64,000 bases of DNA, from the IMG/VR virus record IMGVR_UViG_3300045961_000282, positions 1-64,000 of that record; one strand, 5' to 3'. The DNA comes from a virus. A program made the position numbers and the translations under genes. Under the pieces are notes generated by a model. The model ran no database searches and was not told where the DNA came from. It saw only the letters and a program-made list of their open reading frames with translations. Positions 42,832 to 52,236 of the stretch are shown here, in pieces (the first letter of the stretch is position 1; every line of letters starts with the position of its first letter).

Positions 42832-43551
42832 ATGGCATCCACCCCCTACGACGACGACTACCAGTCCGTCGCCGAGCGCATCGCGATCTTCCGCACCAAG
42901 CACCCGGATGGGAGCCTGTGCGCCCTTGACCCGGCCAAGCCGTTCGAGATCGTCCACGTCGGCGACAAGGTTTTCATCGCCGTCACCGCGGCGGCCTATC
43001 GCAGTCCCGAGGATCCGGCCCCCGGCGTCGGGCTGGCGTGGCAGGTGTTCCCCGGCACCGACGAGTACACCCGCGACAACGAGTTGATGATCGCCCAGAC
43101 CTCGGCGTGGGGCCGGGCCATCGTCGCCGCGCTGGCCGCCGATGCCAAGAAGATCGCCACCAAGGACGAGGTCCGCGCGGCGCAGTCCAACCGAGCCCCT
43201 GCCAACCCGGCCCCGAGCGCCGCGAGCGCCAACGGCACGGCGGTCAAGCAGGAGGAGCCCCCGCAGTCCACCGACCCCACGGCGGAGTTGTACAACTCGG
43301 CTGTGGTCGATGAGGCGATGCGCCTGATGAAGGCGCCCACCACCACCTATGACGAACTGCGCGACGTCTGGCAGATGCTCTCGCAGGCGCGACTGGGCGC
43401 CCGGCGCATCGACCCGCCGCCCGGCATGGATGCCGATGGCGATGGCAAGGTCCCGATCCTCTCGGCGGTCGCCTTCGTGGGCAAGCAGCGCAAGGAGAAC
43501 GCCCCCGCCGCGCAGACCGAACTGGCGGTCAACGAGAAGGGTGCGAAGTGA
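42832..43551 (+). CDS. putative recombination (single-strand annealing) protein, tentative
   Basis: GGAAGG RBS; start MASTPYDDDYQSVAERIAIFRTKHPDGS. Immediately upstream of, and GTGA-coupled to, the Cas4-like nuclease. Function inferred from context only. Confidence 0.4.
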   Translation: MASTPYDDDYQSVAERIAIFRTKHPDGSLCALDPAKPFEIVHVGDKVFIAVTAAAYRSPEDPAPGVGLAWQVFPGTDEYTRDNELMIAQTSAWGRAIVAALAADAKKIATKDEVRAAQSNRAPANPAPSAASANGTAVKQEEPPQSTDPTAELYNSAVVDEAMRLMKAPTTTYDELRDVWQMLSQARLGARRIDPPPGMDADGDGKVPILSAVAFVGKQRKENAPAAQTELAVNEKGAK

Positions 43552-45608
43552 CCGACGACCTGACCACTGACGCCGCGACCGACATCGTCCTGCCCGACGT
43601 CCACGAGGCAGCCACGGGCGAGATCCCGCACACCGTCGTGCACTTCAATGCCATGGTCGGCGCGGCGTTCCGGGCGGCCAACGACAAGCGGGCGCGCAGC
43701 CAGCAGCGAGCGCTGGGCATGAGCGAGTTGGGCGGCTGCCGCCGACAGGCCGGGTTCAAGGTCACCAACACCCCGCAGTCCAACCCACAGGGGGACCGCA
43801 CTGACATCTTCGCCGACTCTCGCGAAGCCATGATCGGTTCAATGATCCACGACACGATCCTGCCGCAGATCGCCGAGATGAGCATGACCGCCGAGATCGA
43901 GAAGCCGGTGGTGCTCAAGTTCGAGGGACTGCCCGAAGTCCCCGGATCAGTCGATATGGTTGATGGGGATATCGTGCTGGATCTCAAGTGCCTGTCCCCA
44001 GAAACCCCGATCCTGATGGCGGATGGGCGCGCGAAAAGGGCCGATGAAATCAAGGTCGACGACCTTGTGGTGGTCTACGACCAGATCCACGACAAGTTGG
44101 TCCACGGCACCATCGCGGCAGTCGAGGAGAACGGCGACCAGCCGACCGTCGAGGTGATCACCGAGAGCGGGCGGCGGCTCAAGGTCACCGACGAGCACCC
44201 GGTCTGGGTCAAGGACGATCCCGAGTCGCTGGGCCGCTGGGTGGATGCCTTCGACCTCGAGGCCGGAATGCTGGCCACGCTGGCCCTGTCCGCGCCCGTG
44301 GAGACCCCGCAGCCGTTGCCGGAGATCGGCCCCGATGACCCATGGCTGCTGGGGCTGCTGGCGGCGGTTCAGTTCACCCCCGATGACCTCATGGTCAAGG
44401 TCTCCGACGAGACGGTGCGGGCCGTGGCAATGACGTCCATCGCGCTGATGGAGCCCGGCTACGCCAACGAACTGTGGCGGCGCAACTCGTGGATCGGGCT
44501 GGGCGACCCGCAGATCCCCGACGACGTGATCCTGTCCGGCCCGCGGGCGTGGCAGGAGTGGCTGTCGGGCTTCTCGGCCATGGCCCTGTCGTTCGAGGAG
44601 CGCACGTCGTGGAAGACCCCCAACCGGGCCTTCGCCGAACAGATGGCCGCGATGCTGTGCGGGCTGGGCATCAAGGCCCACATCGGCATGGACGACTACG
44701 GCAAGCCCGTGGTGTCGGTGCGCGACGACTACGGGGTCAAGCGGCTGTCCAGCGCCCTGTGGCTGCGCGGCAACAAGAGCGAGCGGCTGCGGGCCATCGC
44801 CGAGCGGCTCGACGGCACCCGCCCGGAGCACTACGAACTGGACAGGATCACCGCCGTCATCCGCGACAGCGAGCCGACCCGCACGTTGGCCATCGAGGTT
44901 GCCGAGTTCCACACGTTCGTCACCGGGGGTCTGGTCACCCACAACACCGTCGGGTCCAACTCAGCGACCTACTACCAGACCCACGGAGCCAGCCGTCGGC
45001 ACCTGTTCCAGACGCACGGGTACGCCCAAGCCCTGATCAACGCAGGGCACGACATCCGCCACGTCGCGCTGGCCTACATCGACCGGTCCAACGGGCAGGT
45101 CGTGCACATGCACTACCAGCCCTTCGACCCCGGCATCGTGATGGACATCGAGCAGTGGTGGCTGGAGGTCAACTCGGCCACCGACCCGATGGACCTTCCG
45201 CGCGACGAGAAGGGGCCCGGGATCTCGCGGCAGTGCGACTGGTGCCCGTGGCTCAACCTGTGCTGGGGCCCCGATGCCAAGCCCGGCGAGATCGGCCCAC
45301 AGAAGGTCATCGTCCACGAGGCCAGTGACGAGAACGCCGAGGTTGAGCGCTGGCTGCGCGAGTACCACGCCGCGTCGAAGGCTGAGAAGGAGGCGACCGA
45401 GAACAAGAAAATGGCCCGCGCCGTTCTGGCCGACGCCCCTGCGGGTCAGTATGGTTCGTTCGTCCTCGGCTGGAGCCCGGACGGGTCCTACGAAACCCTC
45501 GATGCCGATGCTGCCGAGAAGGCCCTGACCGCCGCCGGGCTGCCGGTGCCCAAGGTCACCCGGACCCGGCAGGGCGCGATTCGGGTGAAGCCCAGCAAGA
45601 AGGTCTGA
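43548..45608 (+). CDS. PD-(D/E)xK Cas4/RecB-like nuclease with C-terminal Fe-S Cys cluster, interrupted by an intein
   Basis: Extein motifs VDMVDGDIVLDLK (D...D-x-K), QTHGYAQAL (QxxxY), RQCDWCPWLNLC (C-x2-C-x5-C) plus an N-terminal GGCRRQ Cys. Confidence 0.7.
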   Translation: MTDDLTTDAATDIVLPDVHEAATGEIPHTVVHFNAMVGAAFRAANDKRARSQQRALGMSELGGCRRQAGFKVTNTPQSNPQGDRTDIFADSREAMIGSMIHDTILPQIAEMSMTAEIEKPVVLKFEGLPEVPGSVDMVDGDIVLDLKCLSPETPILMADGRAKRADEIKVDDLVVVYDQIHDKLVHGTIAAVEENGDQPTVEVITESGRRLKVTDEHPVWVKDDPESLGRWVDAFDLEAGMLATLALSAPVETPQPLPEIGPDDPWLLGLLAAVQFTPDDLMVKVSDETVRAVAMTSIALMEPGYANELWRRNSWIGLGDPQIPDDVILSGPRAWQEWLSGFSAMALSFEERTSWKTPNRAFAEQMAAMLCGLGIKAHIGMDDYGKPVVSVRDDYGVKRLSSALWLRGNKSERLRAIAERLDGTRPEHYELDRITAVIRDSEPTRTLAIEVAEFHTFVTGGLVTHNTVGSNSATYYQTHGASRRHLFQTHGYAQALINAGHDIRHVALAYIDRSNGQVVHMHYQPFDPGIVMDIEQWWLEVNSATDPMDLPRDEKGPGISRQCDWCPWLNLCWGPDAKPGEIGPQKVIVHEASDENAEVERWLREYHAASKAEKEATENKKMARAVLADAPAGQYGSFVLGWSPDGSYETLDADAAEKALTAAGLPVPKVTRTRQGAIRVKPSKKV
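43989..44945 (+). mobile_element. intein (319 aa)
   Basis: N-terminal splice junction K|CLSPETPILMADG; C-terminal FVTGGLVTHN|T. Length is a multiple of 3; internal LLGLLAAVQ resembles a degenerate LAGLIDADG block. Confidence 0.7.
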
Positions 45609-45743
45609 CCCACATCCCAGAGGGCCCCGAAAGCATCGACGCTTCCGGGGCCCTCGGCGTTCGTGGGCACCTTCGGCGGTGCTAGGTTTGAAAGGTCCCG
45701 TTGGGGACACGGACGCCCCCATGGGGGCACTAGGGAGAAGAAG

Positions 45744-46889
45744 ATGAAGCGCACAATCGCAGCCGCTGCAGCGGCTGCGTTGGCGGTCATCGGACTCGCC
45801 TCCCCGGCCACGGCCGCCGAGACAAAGTTCGATCTGATCGCCAACGGTGGCACTACCGCCACATCGCAGGACATCGGTGATGTGTTCGTCACCGATGACG
45901 GGGCCACGCTCGCAGTCCGCGTTGTCCTCAACGGAGAACTCGACGCCAGCAACAACGTGCCCACCCTTGTCTACGGCATCAGCGCCGAAGCGAACTGCAC
46001 CATTGCTGAGTTCCCGCTGTCCAAGGGCAACCCGGTCCCCGGGCAGTTCGACTACCAGCAGGCGTACCCCGATGGGGCGGCCGGACCGTTCGAGTTCACC
46101 CTGACCCGTCCGGCCTGCGATGACCCGCTGGTGGCCGTGCATGCCGACGTCAAGGAACTCGGAAACATTGCGGGGTTCAACTCAGTGTTCCCCGCCTCAG
46201 TGTCGTTCCGCCTCGTGCAGGACACCGGCGCTGACCCAGATGCGTCCTACTTCGACACCACGTTCACGGCGACGTCGGGCCTGCTCGCGGGCGAGACGTT
46301 CAACGGGTGGTGCGTCGACGTTGGGCACAGCGTCTCGATGAACACGACATACCCGGCCACGGCGTACTCGATCCTCGAACTGCCCACCGGGCCGATCGGC
46401 AACATCGACAAGCCGCAGAACCTGCCCGGCGTGATGTGGCTGCTCAACAACTACCGCCCCGGTGATGTGGTGACCGCTGACATCACGCCGAACGACGGGA
46501 TCGCCAACCCGGTGACCCGAACGCTCACCTCGGGCGACATCCAGCGGGCCATCTGGTACATCGTGGACAACACCCAGTCCACATCCGGCCTCGGGGCATA
46601 CAGCGATCCGTGGGCCAAGTACCTAGCGGACCTCGGACTGGCGAACGTCGCCTACGCGCCCGCGAGCCTGTGCGGTCTGGTCGTTCCGATCATCCTCGTG
46701 ACGAACAACAACGGCGTGCAGACGACAATCGCGCAGACCACGCTGGTCGAACTGGGCGTCCCCTGTGCGGACATCACTGCCACGGCGATGGCGATGAACA
46801 CCGCTGTGACGGTCACCGAGAAGGGATCGGTCCGCTACGGCGAACAGTTCCCGGGATCCAATTGGTTCTCCTACGTGATCGCCCTGTAG
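45744..46889 (+). CDS. secreted hypothetical protein
   Basis: GGGAGAAG RBS; signal peptide MKRTIAAAAAAALAVIGLASPATAAE. Confidence 0.55.
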   Translation: MKRTIAAAAAAALAVIGLASPATAAETKFDLIANGGTTATSQDIGDVFVTDDGATLAVRVVLNGELDASNNVPTLVYGISAEANCTIAEFPLSKGNPVPGQFDYQQAYPDGAAGPFEFTLTRPACDDPLVAVHADVKELGNIAGFNSVFPASVSFRLVQDTGADPDASYFDTTFTATSGLLAGETFNGWCVDVGHSVSMNTTYPATAYSILELPTGPIGNIDKPQNLPGVMWLLNNYRPGDVVTADITPNDGIANPVTRTLTSGDIQRAIWYIVDNTQSTSGLGAYSDPWAKYLADLGLANVAYAPASLCGLVVPIILVTNNNGVQTTIAQTTLVELGVPCADITATAMAMNTAVTVTEKGSVRYGEQFPGSNWFSYVIAL

Positions 46890-46900
46890 TACCCCAACGC

Positions 46901-46930
46901 CAAAGGGCCCCGGCTCTCCGGGGCCCTTTG
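46901..46930. terminator. bidirectional rho-independent terminator
   Basis: CAAAGGGCCCCGG-CTCT-CCGGGGCCCTTTG between convergent genes. Confidence 0.7.
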
Positions 46931-46941
46931 CTTGCGCCTAC

Positions 46942-47502
46942 CTAGTCGACGTCCTCTTCCTCGACCACCGTGGCATCCACAACGTTGTCGATGGCCGTTG
47001 CCCGGCCCAGCCGCTCCAACCGTTCGGCCAGCACCGCCGCCGGGTTGGTTTGCCGGACGTTGATATCGATCTCCTGCTTCTGCGGCGGCGGCGTCACGCC
47101 GATGCGGTCCAGCGTCACCTCCACGGCGCGCATCCGCACGTTCTGCCGGGTGTCGGGGCCCAACAGGTCGGCCAGTGCGTCCAGCGCGGTGTCGGCCATG
47201 CCCATCAGCCGCAGGCGCGCAGCCTCCACCACCGCGTCGGCGTAGACGCCCACGCTCGGGAACGACTCATACCCGGCGTGGGCGGCACACTCACTCAAGC
47301 CGCGGATGCTCCAGCGGCCACAGCGCTCCATCGTGTCGGGGTTCACCACCGCCACGCAGCGCATCGTCGGCAGCGGCGCGTCGAGAGTGGGCTCCCAGCC
47401 CTCTTCGATGACCAGCGGAACACCCTCGGGGTCCGGGTCGGTGAAGCGAACGGGTTCGGCAGTCATGGGGTCAGTATGACTCTTTCGAACGGATGCGACC
47501 AA
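46942..47502 (-). CDS. hypothetical protein
   Basis: Protein-like; Cys/His residues in the N-terminal half. Confidence 0.45.
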   Translation of the reverse strand: MVASVRKSHTDPMTAEPVRFTDPDPEGVPLVIEEGWEPTLDAPLPTMRCVAVVNPDTMERCGRWSIRGLSECAAHAGYESFPSVGVYADAVVEAARLRLMGMADTALDALADLLGPDTRQNVRMRAVEVTLDRIGVTPPPQKQEIDINVRQTNPAAVLAERLERLGRATAIDNVVDATVVEEEDVD

Positions 47503-47518
47503 AGAATCTGCTAAGTCG

Positions 47519-49198
47519 TCATTCCCAGATCGTGTACTTGATCTCCAGCCATGGCTTGTTGCTCGAACTGTGATTGTCGGCGTAACCGTAGTAACTGTTC
47601 GACGTCGAGGGCCCCGGGCCCAGAGCGATGCCCTTGGCGCCGCTGAGGAACTTGCTGCGTATGGTTGCGTTCAGGGTCATGTCGACCCAGCCCGGCTTCG
47701 GGGCACTTCCGTTCTGCTGCAGGTCGGTGCTCGCCGATCCGAACTTGGTCGGCTTGCTGCCGTTGGTATGCGTCCCGATGGGGATGTTGCCGCCCGAGTT
47801 GTTGTAGTGGTGCCGGTTGTAGAACTTCAGGCGCACCGAGGTGACCGACACGGCGCTGGACAGGTTGGGAACGGAGAAACCGATCAGCGAGCGCTGGTTG
47901 CCATGGATCGATGAGTAGTAGCCGTAGTACAGGTAGGACCCGGCGTCAGTGCGCTGCGTGCTGTCGCCGTCATAGGACTGCGACCACGATGCATTGCCAC
48001 TCCACGTCTTGGTGACCAACTGCCGGACGGTCACCCCGACTCCGTTCGACGTCGACCCGAGATAGGCTCCGTTGGCCACGTACTCCGCGTAGTAGGTGGT
48101 GCTTCCGCCGGGGGCGACGCCCACCGACGCGGCGCCGCCCGCAACACCCGCCGTGGCAACGACGCCTCCCGACGGAGACCCTGCGCGGAAGTACACCGTG
48201 CCGCTGGGGGCTCCACCGACATAGGCGGTCAGCGTCAGGGATTGCCCGTTGTTGATCGTCCCCGTGGAGGCTGCCAGCGAGATGCTGGTGGGGTAGTAGA
48301 CCGAGATGGTCACGTAGTTCGAGGTCGACGCGAGGTAGTAGCCGTTGGCGACGTACTGCGCCTGATAGGACGTCGACACCCCCGGCGCCACCGCGATCGA
48401 GGCTGCGCCGCCGGAGACCCCGGCAGACCCGATGATTGCGCCGTTGGACCAGAAGTACACCGTGCCGCTGGCGGCGCCGCTGACATAGGCCGTCAGAGTG
48501 GCTGCCTGCCCGTTGTTGATCGTTCCCGTGGATGCCGCCAGCGAGATGCTGGTGGGGTAGTAGACCGCCACAGCGACCCCGCCCGAAGTCGAACCGAGGT
48601 AGTTTCCGTTGGCGACGTACTGGGCGTAGTAGGTGGTCGCCGCACCGGGGGACACGGTGGCAACAGCCCTGCCCCCGGAAACGCTGGCCGTGGCCGCGAT
48701 GGCGCCCGATGCAGACCCCGAACGGAAGTACACGGTTCCCGATGTCGCCCCGGTCACCGTGGCCGTCAGGGTGACAGCCTCTCCATTGTTGATGCTTGCC
48801 GCCGAGGCCGCCAGCGAGATGCTGGTGGGGTAGTTGACCGTCACGGCGACGCCGCCGGAGGTGGAACTCTTCCACGGCGGGTTCTCGACGAATTCTGCGT
48901 AGTAGGTGGTGCTGGCGCCGGGGTTGACGGTGACCTGCCACGGGCTGCTGGTGCTGGTGGCCACGATGGTCCCGGAGGGTGAGCCGGAACGGAACCGAAC
49001 GGTCGAGTTCAGCGGAACGCCCGCCGTCGGCGTCGCCGTGAGGGTGATCCCCGACCCGTAGTTGATCGTTGTCGCCGATGCCGACAGCGAGATGGTCGTG
49101 GCCTTCTGGTACTCCCAGACCAGTACCGCCCCCTTGTAGACGCGCCAGACCTGTGCGCCCCCCCACTTGACGTTCTTCGCTGTGTTCAGAAGCGGCAT
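47519..49198 (-). CDS. tail protein with five tandem Ig-like (BIG-like) domains
   Basis: About 90-aa repeats TSISLAASTGTINNGQ..TLTA.V.GA.SGTVYF.....YYA.YVANG.YL.STS..V.V.VYYP, x5. Confidence 0.6.
   Translation of the reverse strand: MPLLNTAKNVKWGGAQVWRVYKGAVLVWEYQKATTISLSASATTINYGSGITLTATPTAGVPLNSTVRFRSGSPSGTIVATSTSSPWQVTVNPGASTTYYAEFVENPPWKSSTSGGVAVTVNYPTSISLAASAASINNGEAVTLTATVTGATSGTVYFRSGSASGAIAATASVSGGRAVATVSPGAATTYYAQYVANGNYLGSTSGGVAVAVYYPTSISLAASTGTINNGQAATLTAYVSGAASGTVYFWSNGAIIGSAGVSGGAASIAVAPGVSTSYQAQYVANGYYLASTSNYVTISVYYPTSISLAASTGTINNGQSLTLTAYVGGAPSGTVYFRAGSPSGGVVATAGVAGGAASVGVAPGGSTTYYAEYVANGAYLGSTSNGVGVTVRQLVTKTWSGNASWSQSYDGDSTQRTDAGSYLYYGYYSSIHGNQRSLIGFSVPNLSSAVSVTSVRLKFYNRHHYNNSGGNIPIGTHTNGSKPTKFGSASTDLQQNGSAPKPGWVDMTLNATIRSKFLSGAKGIALGPGPSTSNSYYGYADNHSSSNKPWLEIKYTIWE
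47900..49100 (-). repeat. tandem coding repeat of about 270 bp, 4-5 copies
   Basis: Protein-level repeats listed above; nucleotide periodicity is evident. Confidence 0.55.
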
Positions 49199-49207
49199 GG
49201 CCGTCCC

Positions 49208-49576
49208 TCAGACGATCACGTACAGAATCGCGGGATCCTTGGGGGAGGTCGCGTCGTACTGCGCCTGCGTCATGGTTCGGACCTGCCCGTACCGAGCGTC
49301 CAGATCGATCTGGTTGGCGACCACCTTGCCGCCGGTGATCGTCATGCCCCAACCCGTGATCACCTTGATGACGCGACCCACGTTCGGCTGTTGCTCATCG
49401 ACCAGACCTGCACCCGCGGTGAACTCAGCCGCGTTGGTCACCCACGTGTTGTTCGTCGTGTAGGTGACGACCTTGTTGGTCGTGGTGTCGAAGTACATGT
49501 CGCCGGGCTGAGCCCCCGGCGGCGGGGCGCTGAACATCGGGATACCCAGAGGGATGTAGAACTTGTGCCGCATCAT
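49208..49576 (-). CDS. hypothetical tail-region protein
   Basis: MMRHKFYIPLGIPMFSAPPPGAQPGDMYFDTTTNKVVTY. Confidence 0.45.
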   Translation of the reverse strand: MMRHKFYIPLGIPMFSAPPPGAQPGDMYFDTTTNKVVTYTTNNTWVTNAAEFTAGAGLVDEQQPNVGRVIKVITGWGMTITGGKVVANQIDLDARYGQVRTMTQAQYDATSPKDPAILYVIV

Positions 49577-49680
49577 CCCCTCCCTCCTGATCGCCGCGTC
49601 ATGGCAGCGCGCGCGCCGCGGCGCTACTCATGGCGCATGGTAGTCGGCATATGGTTCTGCTGTCTGGCTCTTGCTCACGA

Positions 49681-49929
49681 TCACGGATTGCTTGAATCAA
49701 CCGACGGTTCCGGGCCGCTGATGATCTCGATGGTCACGTCATCCAGCCCGAAGATGTAGGTCATTCCGCCCGTCGCGCCATCCCAGAAATGCACCATCTG
49801 GTTGCCCCACGTGATGGCCAGATCGTCACTTGACTCGAACGTGTTGTCGGTCAGATCGCCGATCAGGATCGAGTTGTCCCCGGCCCAATGGACCTGAACG
49901 CGCTGACCCGCCTTGAAGGGTCCCTGCAT
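49681..49929 (-). CDS. small hypothetical protein
   Basis: MQGPFKAGQRVQVHWAGDNSILIGDL. Confidence 0.45.
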   Translation of the reverse strand: MQGPFKAGQRVQVHWAGDNSILIGDLTDNTFESSDDLAITWGNQMVHFWDGATGGMTYIFGLDDVTIEIISGPEPSVDSSNP

Positions 49930-49938
49930 GGTTGCTCC

Positions 49939-50451
49939 CTACCTCTCTGCCACGGCGAAGTAGTCCACTCGGGTCGCCGTGGTGTTGGTCCGATAGATGT
50001 ACAGCGTGAATCCGCCCGTGCTCGGACTATCTGTTGAAACGTTGACGACCGTTGTCCCGATGACCGAGGAGCGGGCCGAAACGACGAGCGTCGGGGTCAC
50101 CCGGAACCCGCCCTCTGCGTATCCGAATGCCGCCGACGTGTTGGTGTTCGCGACCGGGGTGATGACGACGCTGCCCGCCTTGATCATCCAGTAGTGGTCC
50201 TTGCCCGCGGGGCCCTGAGGTCCCTGTGGGCCTCCGCCACCCTGCGGCCCCTTGGCCCCACCCCATCCCGCAGGGCCCTTGGCTCCAGTGAGACCCTGCG
50301 GCCCCTTGGCCCCTGTGGCGCCAACCGCCCCCTTGGCCCCTGTGGGCCCGATCGCGCCCTTGGCTCCGGTGGGTCCCTGCGGCCCGCGATCGCCGCGCAG
50401 ACCGACGATCTCCCACTCCCCCTGCGAGTTGCGAATCTTGAGGACGGCCAT
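49939..50451 (-). CDS. collagen-like tail-fibre paralog with anchor motif
   Basis: MAVLKIRNSQGEWEIVGLRG then G-X-Y x22. Confidence 0.65.
   Translation of the reverse strand: MAVLKIRNSQGEWEIVGLRGDRGPQGPTGAKGAIGPTGAKGAVGATGAKGPQGLTGAKGPAGWGGAKGPQGGGGPQGPQGPAGKDHYWMIKAGSVVITPVANTNTSAAFGYAEGGFRVTPTLVVSARSSVIGTTVVNVSTDSPSTGGFTLYIYRTNTTATRVDYFAVAER
50199..50400 (-). repeat. collagen-like G-X-Y coding repeat
   Basis: G-X-Y x22. Confidence 0.6.
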
Positions 50452-50465
50452 TTCTACCACGCCCA

Positions 50466-51023
50466 TTGTATGGTTTGGGGATGATCTGCATTCATTGCGA
50501 CAGGCCCGTCCGCTGTCGAGCACTGTGCTCCATGCACTACCAGAGAGACCGCAAAGGACTTCCGATGACCGCTCCGGGCAGAGTGGTTATGAGAGGAGCC
50601 ACCGCCGAGGAGCGCCTGCTTGCTGGCTTGCCCGATAGGCCCGCGGACGGCTGCTGGATGTGGAGAAGATCCACGGCGCGCTTGGGCTACGGCAAGTTGT
50701 ACTGCGACGGTCGTCTTGTGTCCGCTCACCGGCTCGCATACGAGGTGTGGGTCGGACCTATCCCCGAAGGGGCGCATCTGCTCCACGGGTGCGACACGCC
50801 CGCCTGCTGCAACCCAGCGCACCTGCGTCCGGGGACGCATCAAGAGAACATGCAAGACATGGCTACGAAAGAGCGGAGTGGAAGCACCCGACTCTCCGCG
50901 GATCAGGTGCGCGCAATCCGCGCCGATGGGCGCACTTACGGAGACATCGCCGATACGTACAGCATCAGCCGCTCGATGGTCTACAAGATCAAAGCGCGCA
51001 TCTCGTGGCGACAGGTGAGTTGA
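50466..51023 (+). CDS. HNH homing endonuclease with C-terminal AP2/HTH-like DNA-binding domain
   Basis: CWMWRRSTARLGYGKLYCDGRLVSAHRLAYEVWVGPIPEGAHLLHGCDTPACCNPAHL (HNH); RLSADQVRAIRADGRTYGDIADTYSISRSMVYKI. Confidence 0.75.
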   Translation: MYGLGMICIHCDRPVRCRALCSMHYQRDRKGLPMTAPGRVVMRGATAEERLLAGLPDRPADGCWMWRRSTARLGYGKLYCDGRLVSAHRLAYEVWVGPIPEGAHLLHGCDTPACCNPAHLRPGTHQENMQDMATKERSGSTRLSADQVRAIRADGRTYGDIADTYSISRSMVYKIKARISWRQVS

Positions 51024-51026
51024 CAT

Positions 51027-51566
51027 CTAGTACGTCCCCCAAGCGATCCACGCAACACGGCAGTCGTCGGCCGAACCGCTTCGGTTATGCACGACTCCCA
51101 CCAATCCGTTTGCATTCACCTCGGTGATGCCCGCGCCATCCATGCTGTTTCCCCAGTTGTTCTTGACCCCGGTGCAAATAGCGCTGACCGATTGGTAGGA
51201 GAACCCGAAACCAGCACTCCACGTTGTGTACGAATTCGCGGGACAGGTGACGTAGGTCGCACCCCAGATGATCCGCCAGCGGGGTGTGCCGTACCCGCCC
51301 GAGGTCGGGTTCCCGTCATACCCGACTGGCCCCTGCCCCCCCGTGGGGCCGCGGTCACCCTGCGGCCCCTTGGGTCCCTGATCTCCCGTCTGGCCCTTGG
51401 GCCCCATGTCGCCTTGGGGCCCCTTGGCGCCCGCGTCCCCCGTGGCGCCCTTGGCCCCCATGTCACCCGTCGGCCCCTTGGCCCCTTGGGGCCCCGTTGG
51501 CCCAGCAGGCAGGGACAGCAGGGTCCATGCGCCATCGCTGGACCGGCGGTACCGCAAGACGCTCAT
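51027..51566 (-). CDS. collagen-like tail-fibre paralog
   Basis: [22 protein letters not shown] then G-X-Y x21. Confidence 0.65.
   Translation of the reverse strand: MSVLRYRRSSDGAWTLLSLPAGPTGPQGAKGPTGDMGAKGATGDAGAKGPQGDMGPKGQTGDQGPKGPQGDRGPTGGQGPVGYDGNPTSGGYGTPRWRIIWGATYVTCPANSYTTWSAGFGFSYQSVSAICTGVKNNWGNSMDGAGITEVNANGLVGVVHNRSGSADDCRVAWIAWGTY
51311..51506 (-). repeat. collagen-like G-X-Y coding repeat
   Basis: G-X-Y x21. Confidence 0.6.
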
Positions 51567-52090
51567 GACGGTGACCCCACGCCCACGGCGATCCACTGCA
51601 CGTAGGTGCCAGTGGTGTTGCTGCGAACCACATTGACCTGTGACGACGTCATGCCGGGGCCGGTCATGGTGCCACAGGCGCGCACCGTTCCGGGGACCGA
51701 GGTGCGCGCCGAACAGATGACCGTCGGAAGTTGGGTGAACCCGTCGTAGTAGATGGTCACAGCCGTCGACGTGTTGGACACCGGGGTGATGTAGGCCTCG
51801 CCGCGACGGAAGGTGATCCCCGATGGAACGCCCGGAGCCCCTTGGGGGCCCTGCCCACCTTGGTAGCCCTGTGGGCCCTGATCCCCGGTTGGACCAGTCG
51901 GGCCCTGATCACCCGTAGGCCCAGTGGGCCCTTGATCACCCGTGAGTCCGGTCGGGCCCCGGTCCCCGACGGGCCCCACAGGTCCCTGATCTCCAGTGGG
52001 GCCAACGGGTCCCTGTGGTCCAGTGGGGCCCTTGAGGGGCAGGAGGGCCATCGCCCCCGTCCCCGAGTGACGGTACCTCAGGACGCTCAT
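51563..52090 (-). CDS. collagen-like tail-fibre paralog
   Basis: [21 protein letters not shown] then G-X-Y x23; ATGA overlap at 51563-51566. Confidence 0.65.
   Translation of the reverse strand: MSVLRYRHSGTGAMALLPLKGPTGPQGPVGPTGDQGPVGPVGDRGPTGLTGDQGPTGPTGDQGPTGPTGDQGPQGYQGGQGPQGAPGVPSGITFRRGEAYITPVSNTSTAVTIYYDGFTQLPTVICSARTSVPGTVRACGTMTGPGMTSSQVNVVRSNTTGTYVQWIAVGVGSPS
51826..52033 (-). repeat. collagen-like G-X-Y coding repeat
   Basis: G-X-Y x23. Confidence 0.6.
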
Positions 52091-52236
52091 GGGTAGTTCG
52101 AAGCCTCATCGATCCAGATCAGGATCGCCGGATCAGCGGGCTCCTGCGTTCCGACAGCAACCTGCTTCGGCTCCGGTGTCGCGAACGGCTTGAACTGCTG
52201 GTCGACCGGGTCGCGGTACCACAGGGTTGCCATCGG
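52087..52236 (-). CDS. short anchor-motif ORF (about 48 aa)
   Basis: [22 protein letters not shown]...[11 protein letters not shown]; ATGA overlap with 51563..52090; below the table cutoff. Confidence 0.35.
   Translation of the reverse strand, partial: PMATLWYRDPVDQQFKPFATPEPKQVAVGTQEPADPAILIWIDEASNYP

Noticed and set aside
47970-49352. 460-aa minus-strand alternative frame over the Ig-repeat gene
   Set aside because: Arg/Gly/His-rich shadow; the 47519..49198 frame has clean Ig-like repeats.
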